DNA of 63,457 nucleotides, filler included, from Reclinomonas americana ATCC 50394 (Eukaryota): the NCBI GenBank assembly GCA_048213135.1. It is 6 parts of 2 records of this genome, joined end to end, with 100 filler letters (N's around TTAATTAATTAA, not from the genome) between each part and the next. Parts side by side here need not be neighbours in the genome. Positions count along the whole stretch, not along the records: positions 59,866 to 63,457 come from PS015453.1; 5 more parts are not named here. The stretch is one strand, 5' to 3'. Position numbers and translations under genes: made by a program. Numbering within the stretch: position 1 is the first letter of the stretch; every line of letters begins with the position of its first letter. Under the pieces are notes generated by a model, which saw nothing but the letters and a program-made list of their open reading frames with translations, had not been told where the DNA came from and did no database searches. This document shows positions 60,274-63,457 of the stretch, piece by piece.

Positions 60274-63200
60274 CGCACACTGACACTTCATCCATCCACG
60301 CACAGTGCACTTCCTGAACCTGGAGACGCTGGAGACGCAGTTTGTGGTCGGCCACGATGGTGGTGGCATTGGCGCGTTGGCGGTGCACCCGTCGGGCGAG
60401 TACATTGCAGTGGGCGAGCTGGGCGACAAGCCGAATGTGTATGTGGTGGATGTGGCGACGCGCAAGGTGCATCGCATTCTGCGTGAGGGCACCGATCGTG
60501 GCTACGCCGATGTGGCCTTCAACAATCGCGGTGACCGGCTGGCCACTGTCGGCTGCAATCCCGATTACATGCTCACGGTGTGGGACTGGAAGAAGGAGCA
60601 GATTGTGCTGCGTACCAAGGCCTTTGGTCAGGTCTGTGTCGCCACTCATGTCTCCCTCGTGTGTGTGTGTGAATTCGCATGCTAACGCCGCGAGTTTGCG
60701 TGTCGACACAGGATGTGTTCAAAGTCAACTTCTCGCCCGCCAGCGACGGCATTCTGACCACGTCGGGCAGCGGTCACATTCGCTTCTGGAAGATGGCGCA
60801 GACCTTCACGGGTCTGAAGCTGCAGGGCGAAATCGGCAAGTTTGGTCGCACAGAGATCTCCGACATTAGCGGTTTTGCAGCCTTGCCCGACGGCAAGGTG
60901 CTGTCGGGCTCCGAGAGTGGCAGCCTGCTGCTCTGGGAGGGCAATCTCATCAAGTGCGAGCTCGCCAAGCCAGGTCAGTCCAAAATATAATGCAGTCAGT
61001 GCGCTGCGGTGTTTGACATCACTCACACCTTGTTTCCAATCGCAGACGATTCGCGATGCCACAGGGGACCAGTGGACTGCGTGTACCTGACGCTGGACGA
61101 CATCAACTGCGTGGAACCGCACGAAGACAGCCACGGTGAGGCTGCGGCATCGTCGCAGGCCCGAGTGTTTGTGACTGGCGGAGCCGATGGGTGAGTCAGA
61201 CGCGCTTTGTCACTCCACCCGTGTACGCTGCTCACTCTCTCGCAGATGCATCAAGTACTGGGACTTTGATGCCATTGACCACGCCGAGCTGTCAGAGTCG
61301 GAGCGTGTGTTCAAGGTGGCACCGCTGCGCGAGTTCCACTTGGGAGAGGGCGTGCAGATTACGGGGATGGTGTCACTGGGCGAGCCCGGTCGCTGGTTGG
61401 TGCTCAACGGCAGCGGTGGCATTCTCCGTGTGCAGCTGCCTGTCGGCCCACTCACACCCGAGTCTGCTGCTCCGCTGGTGGAAGCCATTGTTTCCACACA
61501 CGGCATGGCCGGCGGCATTCGTGGCGTCGCTGCATCACCGTGCTCGCACATGGCCGTGTCGGCTGGTGTGGATGGCACTGTGCGTCTGTTTGACTACCGC
61601 GCCAGCCGCTTTGTGTGCACGCAACGGTTCTCGGCGCCAGCCAGCTGTGTTTTGTGGCCTGGTCGGGTGCGTGCATGTGTCTTGCGTTTATATCAGACTG
61701 TTGTTTTCAGGGTGACTGATCTCCTGGCGCGTAGGAGGTGGATCCGGATGGCCGTCGCTTCCTCGTGGGTTTCGAAGACGGCGTCATTCGTATCTTCCAG
61801 CGCTTTACGGATAGCATGGAATTGGTGGAGGCTCACAAGCCACACACGGCTGCGGTGAATCAGATGCTTTACTCACCCGACGCTCGTCTGCTGGCCACGT
61901 GCTCCGACGACGGCACCATTTTCTTCATCGATGTGGTGGAACGCAACGCGCCAATTGGTGAGTGCGATCAGTCAAAGTTGCCTCGCTGAGTGCGGGATGG
62001 GATGACTAACTGGTGAGGTGGCGACGATGGGCAGGTTTTGTCAGTCTCGCCGGCGACATTCCCACGTGCATGATGTGGAGCATGGGCGAGAATGGTCGCC
62101 GCGTGGTCATTGTCGGTACCAAGAAAGGCAACATTATGGAGGTGCAGGCGCCGCTGTTGCACGAGGTTTGTCTCCGTCATGTAGAAGTACAAATGTCTCC
62201 CTCCGTGCCTTCTCATGTGTGGTCGGGCAGGTGGACTCGACTGAAACATTCGAGGTCAATGTGCCGACACGGTACCTCAAGTTCAAGGGCTTTATCACTG
62301 TGATTGTTGCGTTTCTCCTTCTCCTCCTCCGTTGCCTGTCATGTGGGTTGCTGACTTGCTTTTATTGTGTGTAATGTAGCCGGAGAAGAAGATGCGACCA
62401 AAGAAGAAGGCGGAGGAGGCCACTACACCGGCTGCCGGCAGTTCAGCGGCGGCCGACGCTGATGCGGAGCAGGATCGTCCAAAGACACCCGGCACCGGCC
62501 GCAAGCCGCAAGACGACGAGATTTCGATGGAGACCGACACGCAAGCCACTCCGCCGCCGCCGCCGCCCGAGTGGAAACCTCAGCCGATCTTGTCGCTCAT
62601 GTTTTCACCACGCGGCTCGCTGATTGCCACCATTGATCATCCACAAGGTCCAGAGATGCTATTTGTTGATGCAGAGATTGTTTTTTTCGACGCTCATGTG
62701 CCGTGATTATCTACAGGCGTGTATGAGCTGCCTGGTCGGCTGTGGGTGCCCGACGCATCGGTGGAAGTGGAGCCGGAGGAGCCGATTCGGTAAGGCTTCC
62801 TTCCGTGCGCGTTCTTGCCCCATGCAAACGCAATCTTCTTCTCACCTTCACGTCGCAGCTACATTCGCGAGCGCGAAGTGAGGCCATCGTGCTCATCAGT
62901 GTCGCTCGGCGGGCATTTCTTGCTTGTTGGCGATCGCTCTGGTCTGCTGAGCTTCACCAATGTGGTGCCGGTGGAGGAGCAGTTGGACAGCGACGAGCCG
63001 TCGGTGAAGACCCCACTGCCTGCGGACACGGTCTACGACGAGTATGGCTTTGTGCATGCGGTTGCGCACGGCGGTCACACTCCCGTGGTGTCGTCGGTGT
63101 GCACGAGTTTCGACGAGTCGTACCTCATCTCTGGTGGACAAGACGGCGCCGTCTACATTCATCGCATCCTGCCGCTGGCCGAGAGGCCCGACATTGGTGA

Positions 63201-63457
63201 GAATTGTGGAGGGCAAGAGATGATTGTGCTCGTATGCTCACTCGCGCCTGTCTTCCTCTGTCAGTTCCTGTCGAGGTCGCCGGACAGCCGGTGGAAGCAC
63301 GTGAGCAGCAGCTGCGTGACATTCTCGATCCGAAGGCGTACTCTATTCAGGAGGCCAAGCTGAAGAGCGAGATGGACAACCGCACGCTGCAAGCGGAGCG
63401 CAAGAAGAACGTGATGCGTGACCGGATCAAGGAGATCAAGGGCATGTTTGTGGAGCT
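59940..63457 (+). CDS. CFAP44: Cilia- and flagella-associated protein 44 (WDR52), partial
   Basis: [83 protein letters not shown]. Confidence 0.93.

Overview
Eukaryotic, intron-rich genomic DNA from a draft assembly of a flagellated protist with aerobic mitochondria (CFAP44, a CEP104-like TOG protein and complex I subunit NDUFS5 are present). Introns are short GT-AG, many filled with CA/GA/CT microsatellites. N gaps, TTAATTAATTAA linkers and pyrosequencing-type read ends show the draft state. About 21 genes or gene fragments are recognisable: a BCAS3-like propeller, an inverted pair of WD40 paralogs, a serpin, GPALPP1-like, glutaredoxin, a TAY-motif MAPK, an MFS transporter, NDUFS5, a TOG protein, SRP54, a KGG-like hydrophilin, METTL5, an SDR, a myristoylated RING ligase, a WD40 pseudogene, a giant beta-helix/multi-TM receptor, an Sfp-type PPTase, an MRH-domain exon and CFAP44. 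The most striking feature is the ~13.6 kb minus-strand receptor gene (44268-57924). Its ectodomain contains 13 tandem, frame-symmetric two-exon cassettes (50165-55232): a conserved, mostly 55-nt FxNNxAxxNGSG exon plus a hypervariable NGGGA exon. This layout would allow combinatorial splicing or exon shuffling. Also notable: an ~88-bp hairpin element shared between that gene and the WD40 locus, a tRNA-like/SRP-helix-8-like structure just upstream of SRP54, and very short intergenic gaps (26-91 bp). All exon models were read by eye; no database searches were run.
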